DNA of 64,000 nucleotides from NCBI GenBank assembly GCA_002189035.1, contig NEEC01000002.1, forward strand, positions 6,510,001 through 6,574,000, written 5' to 3'. The DNA comes from Utricularia gibba (lineage: Eukaryota > Plantae > Magnoliophyta). This document shows, in pieces, positions 47,351-59,504 of this stretch. Numbering within the stretch: position 1 is the stretch's first letter; each line of letters starts with the position of its first letter. The notes under the pieces are model-generated. The model was not told where the DNA came from. It did no database searches and saw only the letters and a list, made by a program, of their open reading frames with translations. The position numbers and the translations under genes were made by a program.

Positions 47351-47368
47351 CCCCCCCCCCCCCCCCCC
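47351..47368. repeat. C18 homopolymer 7 nt after the BTB stop codon
   Basis: Direct reading of the sequence. Confidence 0.95.
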
Positions 47369-47960
47369 ATCTTTGATTTATGGCTGAATCATACAGCCAC
47401 TGATAGGAACTACTAAAAATCATGAACTTCCTCCATGTATTTACATAGAAACAGATGGAGATCAAACCTGTAACTATCAAGAATCCACTAGGTTTTTGTT
47501 CAGGACAACAGCGTATCCTGGAGTACCTCATCTTTGATCTCAAAGAACTATTTACATACTTCCGGCTGCTTCAGCTGTAGCATTCACCATAGGATTGGAA
47601 TATCGCAATACGCTGGGGAGTCTTTCCACCACCAATGTGAGGCCTGAGAAAAAAAAACGTGCACCACGTTCTGTGAAAAAACCGTTGCTCCCCCTCAATT
47701 GATCTACCGATTGAAGATAAAAAATGATCGGAATAATACTAACAAGCCAAATTTGAGAGCTTGAACTGACATAAAATCGATTGCGTTGGCATTCATACTT
47801 ATCCCATGGATTCTCCGATGGGCGGTAACTGACATCTATCGGAGAGGCATACCTGCATGGATTCGAGAGCTGATAATCTAACTCTAACGAGTAACGAACC
47901 AAGCGTCGTAACATCTTGAATCTTCTCCATCGATTCACTGGACAACGCCACACGCTCTTA

Positions 47961-48179
47961 TAGGGTTTCAGGCAGCGGTGGCGTACGGTGGTGGACTGTT
48001 ACTCGCGGGAAAGGGAATTGGATTCAAATATGTGGCGCAGGAGATATTGGGCAAGGGCGAGCTCCGCCCGGAGCAACTTAGGCCATGCTACAAAAAGTTG
48101 ATGGGCCTATTAGACGGTGGGCCCATATGTCTTCTGGTCCATCATGATCTTTGTGGCCGGCCCGAACTGCGTATGGGCC
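47961..48179. promoter_or_regulatory. Telo-box plus site II cluster, probable bidirectional promoter
   Basis: TAGGGTTT (reverse complement of AAACCCTA) 47961-47968; TGGGCC at 48102, 48118 (overlapping GGCCCA) and 48174. Confidence 0.55.
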
Positions 48180-49429
48180 AGTCTGCTCTTCTGTGGCCTG
48201 GCCTACATTACTTCTGGACCAACCGTTCCGTGCACTGGCTCAAATTTCTATTGGCTCAGTTCGCTAACCGATGGCCTGCGTGACTCCACTAATACTGTTC
48301 ACTTCATTTGCCTCATGCAGTTGATGTGCGTTGATACTACGTCAAATTCATTCCAGAACTTTGTGGCAAATTTCCCCATGCGGAGACGGGATTCGGAAAT
48401 CTTAGGGTGACTGCTGGAAGGTCGACTTTGATTCAGGTTTTGCTCATTTTCATGTCGTTCTGAATTCAACTCACGTGGAGACGTCGATATTCGATTCTTT
48501 GGATCCGTTGGAAGTGCAGTCTCTGGAGGAATCCTTATTACCAAATGCCATCACACCTTGCTTCAACTTACCTGCAGTTTTTAAAAATTTGCAGCTCACT
48601 GTTTGCCTCCGAATGCAGAAGATTCTGAACTGTTGTCCTTTATTGATGCAGAGGCGTTATTTATGTTTTTGTCCTCAGTGTTTTGTAGTGAGTGCAGACG
48701 CCTATGAAAAATGCAGGCATATTAATGTACTTCAGGTTATTTTTCTGTAACTTTGTTTACCTTGTTTCCTTTTCTTTGTTTCAGGTTTTGTGTGATAGGC
48801 ATTTTGGTGGGATCAACTACCTAAGGGTGGAGTTGGAGGAGTCCCTGAGGCTTTGGCAAGGGCTTGGTTGATTACGGAAACAGGATACTGTATGTCAAAG
48901 CTGTGAGTATAACTACTGAAAGGTATGGTTTTGAGCATATCTGATATTCTTTTTAGATCTATAGGCGACATATGGACGCTCCTCACAAATTCTGTAGATG
49001 AATGAAAATTTCAGTAGGCATATCTTAAAGCACCATCTTTTGTCTCTTTTCACGTGGGCGACAAAGCTGATGTTGTGCCGTATAATTCAATAGTTGCGTT
49101 CCTGGGAAGGTGTCGTCATAGCTGTGGCGTTTTCAGGAATATATTTGTTGCTCTTTTAGTACTTAAAATCTCATCATCCATGAGATGAAACACATTGATT
49201 TAGCTCATATAGTCCATTGCACTATCGAGCTTTTGCTGTTCTCTGTTCACATGGAAATTTCCATGTTTAAGCAGGAATGGAGAAGAAAAAACCAGCACTC
49301 GGTACGCCTCTCCTTATGGTACTTCTCTGGGTGAGAACACTAGCATGAGAAGTTGAAAACAAAAATCCAACAAATCTTGAAGGGTTTTAGAATTTGGATC
49401 TAAGGACCCGGACGGTATGAATTTCTTGA

Positions 49430-52141
49430 TCAAGCTCCTTGCTGAAGCTTCATTCTCCGTAAAGAAATGTAAGCTAGTAATCTGTAGAAGAGTGCCATTG
49501 CTGCAAGTGCTCCAACATCTGTATACCCACTTTCGATTTTGATCCCACCTACTGACTTCGTCAAATGCCCATACTGGATTTTTAGAAGTAGTTTGTAGGT
49601 ATGATAGTTGAAGGAGAGACACCGGATCCATGAGATGAACACTGGAATTTTCTGAAAGGATTTAGAACAATGATCATTTGGGGTATCCTGATTCAGATTT
49701 ACTGAATTGTTCAAGGAAGCATAAGCTCACCTCAACAAAGAAACCTCCAGCAAGCATGAAGGTCATGACTGTGACTGAGGCCAGAGTCGTCGCCTTCTTC
49801 AACTCCATGACTGTAGCACCAATAGCTAGCCCCAAGCCCTGTTAAGTTTTCACATGTTAGGTGGAAAGTCAAGTTTCAGACCCAAACCTCGTGAAGGATG
49901 AACCTGAGCAGCTATGATGCAGAGGAAAACCGTAAGCATGGTGAGGAAAAAGCACCCTGCTTTCAATCTCAAACCTGCCATGAAATAGACTACTAGAAGG
50001 AAAACTAGCGGCAACATTAGGTCTAGTGGTAGGTCACTTGAAGTTCTAGCTGCGAAATATGCACTTAATCTGTACATATCTGTTGCCCGTTCCTTGCACA
50101 GCATGGCTCTTTCTTGTGGGAATGTAAATATTGCTGTGAAGACTGGAAAGAATCCCCAGAATACTGCAATGAAGAAAAGCAATCCGGCCTGCAGTGGCTT
50201 CTTCTCTTTTAGCCTGGTTTTTGTCTGGAAATTACCATTGATGTGTTGAAAACTAACCTGATCTTGGAGTTTCTCAGGGTCATCACTACCGGATTGCCAC
50301 CATAACATTCCCAAGATCGCCGCGGTGGTAAGCACTTGGGTGGTTCGCAACCAGCTAAAGTAGTCGTGCCTTCGTTCTTTAAGTCCTCTACAGAATAGTA
50401 TGGAAAACTGCTCCAACCAGCTTGTTCCCCATTCTCTCTTTGTAGATTTTTCAATGGGTGTTGAGGCTAAATATCTCATGTTTTCACTTTCAGGAGTCCT
50501 TGTCCCGTAGGCCTCGACCAGATACTGCTTCAATCAAATATGTATGTATTCATGAGAAAAGCCTGCAGTTCTTCCCCACATTGTCTTATGCAATTACCTC
50601 GTGAATCAGAAGTGACACCGCAGGTTTATTTTCTGTAGCTTCTGATTCCCAATGCCCCATTTGAACCTTGTCTTCTAGCTCTGATGGCACAGAAATGTCT
50701 GTTAAGTTCCCATTAGCAAGATCAAGCATGAACTCTGCTGGATTCATTGAAATAAGAGGAGAACATCCTATGGATGAAAAGTACACCATTGCTTCGGCTG
50801 TCTTCCCATAATACAGTAAGTTCCCTTTTCCCAGAAGCACCAGCTTATCTAACATCAGAAAAAGGCGGCTGGAAGGTTGATGAATTGTAGTGATCACTGT
50901 CTTTCCGGCCTGCCGTTGTATCTTGCGTCAGCAAAATCTGGTGAACTGGTTCGAAAAAGGAACATCATTCTCACCTCAGCTATGCCGTGCAGTGTGTCTA
51001 CTATCTTCAAGGCTATGGTGGAATCCAGCCCTGAAGTTGGCTCATCCAGCAGCAACAGGGATGGGTTTATCAGTATCTCATTTCCTATGCACACCCGTTT
51101 CCTTTCCCCGCCGGAGACTCCCCGGACGAAGGCGCCGCCGATCAACGTGTCCTGGCACCTGCAAGAACACACACTCCTCTCTGTCATGCCCTGTCGTCTA
51201 CACACTACACAGGTTCCTTCTGCTTCCTTACTTCTCTAGTTCCAACTCATGTATGATGTCCATGGCTCGTTTATCCTTCTCCTCCTTGCTTAGCTTCGAC
51301 GGAAGACGCAGACGAGCTGCGTACTTGAGCGTCTCCTTCACCGTCAAGTGAGGGAACAGGACGTCATCCTGCGTGACGAATCCCACTCTGCAAAAGAAGC
51401 TTTCCCATGTCACCATTACTCGCAGTGAAACTCTCGATCAGGTTTCCGATTACTCGCCTGCGCTTCAGCGACTTGGAGTACGGCTCTCCGTTGTACGTTA
51501 TCGATCCGCCATTGACGGACTCTCGGATTCGTCCCCGAGTAGACTCAGAAGCGTCGTCTTTCCACACCCGGATGGCCCCATTATCGCCAGAAGTTCGCCC
51601 GGATCGACGGCGCCGGTGATGCCGTTCAAGATCTCCTTCTCCGCCCGTGATTTCACGCCGGTCCCCGTCACCTTGTATTTCACATCTCTGAACTGCTCCA
51701 TTCACCCACCGTAGTCAAGAATTCCGTTCACATCACCGGCAACAGATTCAAGCATACTAGAAACAACAAAAGCATTACCCTGAGGTGTATCGGCAAAGTT
51801 GGCTCAGTTTGAACCTTCTTCTTCAGATGGCCGGCTTCAACATCCTCCGCTCCCAAAACACCGTTCACAAGCCTGCTGGTTAATCCATTTATCCGGCGGG
51901 GGAAATGCCTGGGAGGGTCACAGATTTCATCATCCTCGCCGGGAGGCAAATACCGATCTCCGACGCCCTCGTCGTCGCCGGCTGGAACCGTGACCGAAAC
52001 AGAGAACCCGAGGCTGTCGCCGGAGGCCCGGCTCATGGCCCCGCCGCCATTCACCTCATCCACAGCGTACTTCCGCATCCGGTTCCCCGCCTCCACCAGC
52101 TGCTCGGGTTTCGACGCCTCCAGTCCTCTCGCCGTACTCAT
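49430..52141 (-). CDS. ABCG: ABC transporter G family half-transporter, ABCG22/WBC23-like; 9 exons; apparent -1 frameshift near 51535; GC-AG intron 2
   Basis: Walker [13 protein letters not shown]; [20 protein letters not shown]; signature [12 protein letters not shown]; Walker [14 protein letters not shown]; [11 protein letters not shown]; TM domain [27 protein letters not shown]...[13 protein letters not shown]. Confidence 0.94.
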
Positions 52142-52563
52142 CTTCCTGCGCGTGCATGAATTTAATGTGGAAGATTAACTTATTTTAGTAGTTAATTTAT
52201 TTAATTAACCTAAATAAATGGTAATTAAGAAGCCAGCGAAGTGATTATACCAACTTTAATCACTCTATGAAGAAAAAAAGCTGGTTACACTCTGAAATTT
52301 GGAACTCACACTGACCATCCGATGAGAGCATCTTCCCTTTAAATACACAACACGCAATTAAAGACTGGATGAGCCATGCCCACACTTTATTATTATTATT
52401 TCATTTTTATTGGTGTATTTCTATTTTTTGAATATTTTTATTTCCTTTTTTGGGAGACTTTTTTTTTTAAAAAAAATATCCTCAGATATCCACCTAATTT
52501 GTACTTGCAATAAGGTACTCACTACTTCCATAAGGCTGGTGTACGGTATACGGATGACGTAAT

Positions 52564-52602
52564 AATAGAAATACACCTAATTTTTATTGGTGTATTTCTA
52601 TT
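52564..52602. repeat. Perfect 14-bp inverted repeat (AATAGAAATACACC / GGTGTATTTCTATT) with 11-nt spacer; the right arm lies in a 33-bp direct repeat (about 52404-52436 and 52581-52613)
   Basis: Direct reading of the sequence. Confidence 0.85.
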
Positions 52603-55600
52603 TTTTGAATATTATTTTAATATGATTTCAAAGAGTATTTATTATTAATGGCCAACAAGATGCACCCAGAGCACTTTGTCTATTAATGGAAGGTTACGCC
52701 AAAATGGTGAAGGATTTAATTTTGTGAAAATAATTTTAGATAAATAATTCTAATAAAATAAAAATTATGAGTAAGTAACTTTTTGAAAACTAAAAATAAT
52801 TGTAAATTTATATTATTTTTTTCGTATGTTATGATAAAATTATTTATAAAGTATTTTTATATAAACATAAACTGTTTCAAAATAGTATTATAAATTATAA
52901 GATGTTTAGTTGGTATATTTAAATGAACTTAATATTACATTTTAATTCCATGTATATGGGTTTATTTAAAACTATGCATCTACCTTATCTTACTTAAAAT
53001 CACTTAATCCCATTTCTAATCTCAATAATTAAATAATATTTAAAAAATTAATCTTAACACATCAATTTTATTTAAATTCAAATAAACCAAACCCATTTTA
53101 TTTCATTCTCATCAAACAAACATTACCTTAGTGTAGGTATGCATCCCACAAACTAAATAAAAGGAGTTCCAAGATGCCAATCAAAATGACCATTTTCTTG
53201 GTTACACACTCCAAATAGAAGATAATGTCCTTATCCTATCAAACACCCTCATCGTTCTTACTATATTCGATCGAAATTCGTTTATTCGCCATAATCAAAG
53301 ACCTTGATGCGTTTTCATAAGCATGCGAATTAGGATCCAACCACATGGCACTTTTCTTTTCCTTTTCATGTAACGTGTCACATGGCATGTCAAGTGCCAA
53401 GGTCCGTAGACATCCAAATTGCAATGATGGAGATATCCAATGACATAATCAAAGAGTACAAGTGTAGATGATTTTTTTATGACAATAACGAGTGAAAATG
53501 TGGAATATGTTAGAAAACATAATTTCATATTGAAATTAAAAGTAAAATAATTAAATATATAAGAAATTATAAATTACAATTAATTGATTAAGTCTAATCT
53601 TTTATATTATAATCCATATTTTTTATATACTTGAGATTCACGTGTGTGTTCGCCTAATTTATAGTATCTTGAATTTCAATAGAATAGGATGAATAGATGT
53701 GCATGGTGTGGATTTAGGGTTCATCAACGATTTAAAACCCTAATCAATTTTCCATTCCACTGTCTACAAATCGAAATATTAATTATTTTTTTTGAAAGAT
53801 ATTCCAAAAAAACAACACACAATATAAAAAGAAAAAAGGGGAGTCAAAAGAGATGATGGGCGGCGAAAAGGTAGAATCCCACTACCAAAAGAGGCTCTCC
53901 CCATTCAACGTGAAGAGATTAGTGAGTCATGACAGCATCTTGTCTAATCCAATGCACGTTTGTCTTAGTGCACCTGCCTGCCTGCCTGCATGCATGCTTA
54001 TCTTTTCGTTCCTTGTTCTTTATTCTCTGTCTCGCGTTTTATTACACCCGCCCCATGCAACCTAGCGACCTTTGTTTTGTACGTCCGACGACAGGGTTGT
54101 AGTCTTCCCGCTATGATTGATAGAATATGGGAGAAAATGGAGCACTTGCCTGTTGATAATGGAGGGAAAAAGCTGCATTTACATTAGATTTTTTTATATA
54201 TTTATACACTTATTGGATCACTTCTATTTATTATACTAGTTAAATTTGTAAAACGATTAAGGAGGGCACTTTTGTCAACTGCATTTTTCTAGTCTTCTTT
54301 ACTAATCAATTGATTATTAATAATTTATAATATATCATATATTTAATTATATTATTTTAATTTTTTAATTTGATATTATTTTATCTACTACCTATCATTA
54401 AGTCAAACTTATCTGGGTTTGATTAAGATTTATTTTTTTTATTATGAGCGTAAGTATTGCTTGAATTATAGATCGATCTTTTATTGACTAAATGTATCCC
54501 ACTGTTTTTTTTTAACCAAAACTCACATCACTGCATGAAATCTAGTTTGGCTACTCAAACTTAGTCGTAAGTCAATCGTTTTGATATTATGTTGAAATTA
54601 AGGAAATCTATTGTATTTTTTTATCATATCAATGTAATTTTCTAATCTGAAATTGTTTCGACTATAATGTGGTGCACAGCTTTCGGACAACGACGACTGC
54701 CAACAAGGGTGTCGGATGATACAACGTAGTGGATTTGTGAGTAGTGTGTTGCTAAAGTGTAAAGAAACCCATCTTTCCATCGCGAGTGTTTGTTGAGTGG
54801 CGTCCACGGGTGATGATGACGCTCCAGTTCCAGATGGTTGAAATCTCGATGTGGGCGCTTACAGAATCCATTGTTCGAACCCGGCAAGGGACGAGGGTCA
54901 TCTCTGTCCAGTCTGAAGGCGATCCGGACACCAGATGATGGGAGGAGCAGGCTCTAAGGAAGAAAACAAGGCAGGCAGGCAGGCGCAGCAGTAAAAAGTT
55001 TACATGTAAAATCTGAGTAGTGTGAAAAAAGAAGAGCATGTAATAAAGGGAAAAGGAGCTCCTTATCCATCACTTTTGACACTTGAGTTCATGGTTGTAA
55101 CGTGTGTCGGTTATTCCAACTTGGGAATGCATGTAATGTTTATATGCAGTGTTTTGTATCAGAACAAATAATATTGCATGTAATAATTATGTATATAATA
55201 AATTTTAAATCAATAATAATCGATTGTATCTAATCTTTTTTTATTATAACATAGACACACAATAAACCCATAACTCAAATGCATGAAAAGTCAAGGTCCA
55301 TGAACTAGACCCGAGCCGTTTCCAGTTGGAATACAATAATGCCCGGATCCGAGGAGGAGGGCTGAGGGTACTCACTGACGCCGTACGCGTGTCCAGACGG
55401 GAGCCACGTGCGCATCCGGATGGTATACTTGTTAGGACATGGCGTACTCGTGTCCCATCGCACTCGCACTAGCCCCCATTTGCCATTTTTGCGACTCGTC
55501 AGCACATACACCAATTGGGGGAGACCAGGCACATGGTTTTTTTAAGTGTCAAAAGAGCAGAAAATTTTAGGGCACGATATCAGCTTTAAGATGAACAATG

Positions 55601-56406
55601 TGTTGGTTTGCGTATAGATCTAAAAAGAATATCAGAACTTGCTGTATCCTTCCATGATTCACCCCCTCCCATCACAGATAATTAGTATAAAGCATTTCAA
55701 GGATATCAAGTTATTAAAATTAAAAATCTAATAAATTGGACGATACATATGAAATTTAAATATATAAAAAATATTAGATATAATCGATTACTAATGACTT
55801 ACAATTTATTATATACTCGATTATTTATATTTTAAATTTCAACGTGAAATCGTGTATTTTAATAAAACTCACACCTTTGGCATTTTGCGGAGTAATGCTT
55901 GTCGCATTGACTTTATACGGAAGAGGAGACTGCACCACGCTAGCTGGACCAGGCCTCGGGATAACAGGCTGGGCCACACAATAGGCCAGGCCGTATAAGC
56001 GCAGCTTGGCTGGCGCAGGGATGGGAAATTGGGCTAGGGCTCCAAAGACAGGGCTGGGTTAGGAGCCATTTGAGCTGGACCACGGGCAGGGGGTCTGGGC
56101 TGGAGTCGATTTGAGACAGGCCATGGGTTTGCGGAGAGCTGAGCCGAGCCGCGGAACGCTGGGCTGGGCAACGAAGAGTTGGCAGAGCCAGACCTTGGAA
56201 TGACAGGCTGGTGCAGGAGTAGTTTGAGCAAAGGCCTGGAATAGCGGGATAGCCCAGGAGCCATTTGAGCCATGTCGAATGTGAAGAGACGCTGGCGCTA
56301 ATAAATAGACAAAACTAGGAATTTTGACAGCGGCGGAACTCCCGCGGGAACCTTCAAGGGCTTAAAGAATTCTGGTTCTTTCGAGGGTGCGCTTGGGCCA
56401 GAGATT

Positions 56407-58993
56407 ATGGCTTTTTGGGGTAAATTTTTTTTTTCTTCGTTAGGATTCGTAGTGAATATTGCTCTAATCTTCTGTTTTTGTATTGAAAATCTTTTGTATT
56501 TTAGGTGTCGAGGTGAAATCAGGAAAAAGTTACACTCATTCGTGCAAAAATGTTGCCGGAAGGTTGCGTTTGTCCCAGGTACTGCAATGAAATAGTTTCG
56601 GCACTTGGGGCTCAGCATTTGTATATGCTGTTGTCGGTATCATTTTGTGGTTATCCTGGAAGTTATTTTGGATGATTGTTATCTGCCGTGATTTTATACT
56701 ATTTTTTTCAGTCTGTTGATTTGTATCCTTATCTTCATTGTATTTGTATTCCTGAATTTAATGATCAGGCGACACTCGGTTTTGGTGAGGCTACCAAGAA
56801 GAGTGTAGTGCAGTGCAATGTAGGCAGCAAGAGTCCAGTATTGCTGTGCGTTTTGACACCTAACCAAAGAGAGTCATGCCACTTAGATTTGGAATTTGAG
56901 GAGGCGGATGATGTGGTGTTTTCTGTCATTGGCCCTCGAAGTGTTTTTCTTGCTGGTTATTATGTTCAGCACTTGTTGCAGCCTACTCATCAAAGTGATA
57001 CGTATGCCTTTGGTTCTTTTATTATTCAAGTTCTTCATTTTCATTTCTGTTTATCGCCCTGTTCATGAATGCACTTCATTTTCCATCTGACTAAATAGGG
57101 AATCATATGGCGAGGATATTGAAAACACCCAGTCAGAGGAATCCAATCGATGCAGTGATGATGATAATTATGAGGATAGTTTCATTGATGATCAAGATTT
57201 GAGAGTTTCTTCTCTTTCACCATCCCATGTTTCATCCGTCAAAGGTTTACTTAGTGAAAAGTTTACATTGTGTTTCAGCTACTTTGGACCATTGTACTTA
57301 TTTTACTGATGGGTGAGCTATTTCTGTAGAAAATGATAAGTTGGGAGAGAGAAACAGTCATGGTAAGAGGCGTAAAGAGAAATACAAAATCTTTGACTCA
57401 GACAGTGACTCTAAGAGTAGTGGACGTGCGACAACTACGACAAAGCTGGTGGAGGATCTATTGACCGAGGATGTGGACTGCTTGATCAATGGAAAACACA
57501 AGAAGAAGCGTAAATACTCTGTGAATGAGAAAATCCATGACGTTGAGAATGAAAAAGATCCAAGTATAACAGACGAAGAGACTCTGGATGATGACTCCAG
57601 AAATATGTAAGAATGCGTCTCTTTCACTGATGTACTTAGAATTACACACCTTTGTTACTCCCAAGTATCTGGTGAAAACTTTATTTCAATTTTCAAATAA
57701 AAATATATTCACTTGCAGGAAACGATTGGTAACCGCATCAGAATCAGATCCTGAGAAAAGTAAGAGATCAAAGAGAAGAAGAAAAGACCTTCAGTCGGAT
57801 GAAAGTAAAGAAAACGAGGGCACAAAAGTTTATTCAGGAACAACAAAAGAGAATGAAATGCCTGGTGATAGGTTAGTTTCGCACCTATTTGATAATGAAT
57901 TGTCATTTTGTTTCCCAGTGGCCATTTTTTTTGAAGAAAAATCCGGGGTGCCCTAGGTATCAGTTACTTCTTATCAATGAAGTTGCATGAAAATATTTGA
58001 GGCGATTTAAAGCAGTAGCAAGTCAAATGTAGATTGCTGACACAGGATTTATGAATGCAAAATTCAGGACTGCTGGCACCATAATTGCAGAGACTACCCA
58101 GCCGGAGACTAAAACTAAAAAACTCAAAAAAAAGAAATCGCAAGGAGATGAACATTCCTTATGTTCACTGGCAACAACGGACAATCTTCATAATTCACAA
58201 ATGAAATCCAATGTTCAGATTGCAGATGCAGATCCAACTCAAAGGAGGACATTATCGAATGGACTAGTCATTGAAGACATTTCCTTCGGACCTCCAGATG
58301 GAAAAGTAGCTACAGCTGGGAGAACGGTATATATTGCTTTTTGTAAAAGTTTTCTAGATGCTGACTCCCGGGTGTTGTCAAACATCAGTCCTCCCACCTC
58401 GTTTCAGGTGAAAATATACTACAGTGTCACCTCTAAGGAGACTGGCCGTATTCTTTATTCAAACACTGGAGAAACAGCATCCAAGTTTTCCTTAGGTACA
58501 AGTTCCAATGCCGTTGAATGATGGATATTTCAATGTATTTCCAAGGAAAATCCTGAGATCTCATTCTGATGGTGCCTCATACGCTTCCTTCATTCAGGTG
58601 TTGATGAAAATCTAGATGGATGGAAATGTGGGATCATAGGTAGTTGATTTTGTTTTTTTCCCATCATCTTCGTTCAGATCCCACAAAAATCATAGCATTC
58701 CTTCCTATTCGTATATGCAAATAATTGCATAACCTCCTTCCACAGGTATGCGCGTGGGTGACAAGAGGAGAGTGGTAGTTCCCCCATCGATGAGGTAATG
58801 CTTTCCAATCCTTTGAGAGTCATCAGATGATCTGTTCCTCTGTAACTCCAAACTGCTCTTCCACAAGCTACTCTGTATTTACACTCATCTGGGCTGCAGA
58901 TTTGTAGAGAATGTAGCCTGGGAAGAAAATGTACCACCGAGTTCATGGCTGGTGTACGAAGTGGAGTTGGTTGCAGTTCGTAGACCTAAATGA
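56407..58993 (+). CDS. FKBP53: FKBP53-like protein: nucleoplasmin-like N-domain, acidic/basic linker, C-terminal FKBP domain; about 11 exons, linker exon structure unresolved
   Basis: MAFW|[79 protein letters not shown]; C-terminal [16 protein letters not shown] and [12 protein letters not shown]. Confidence 0.88.
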
Positions 58994-59504
58994 TGCATGA
59001 ATGAAACCAAGCGACAGTGTCCAGTCATGGAGACCAACAATGCTGAGTTTCAGGCTGTGTATGCCATTTTGAAACAGTTTTTTGGCTGTCTCAATTTCAA
59101 AAGTTACGTGATTTTATGTTTTTTTTTAACACAAAAGTTACGTACCATAAAAATAGGATTCTTGAAATCAACGAATCTTACATCCACACACCCCGAATAT
59201 CACATCTAGCACCCATTTTGGTGCAAACAAGAACAAAAGTCTTCACTTTCCCAAATTTGAGCAATTTGAGCTAATGCCCGAGAAACCGAGCCAGGCCAGG
59301 AACTATTATGAGCCAGTCCACGAATGATCGGGTTGGCCAGGCTCGGCCGTTAGCTGGACCAGTCCATGGATGATCGGTTGTAGCTTACAAGGATAAGGCA
59401 TTCGAGGGCGTAAAGCTCTGCACCCGGGGTATGTCCACTGTATGCATCATGCTCCCCGGCGAATCCAGAAATCAGCGGTAGGTGTATCGGAATCAGTCAC
59501 ACAG

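Noticed and set aside
640-51536. Programmed ribosomal frameshifting as the explanation for the frameshifts
   Set aside because: Unrelated genes, no common slippery heptamer or stimulatory structure, and all events fit homopolymer under-calling.
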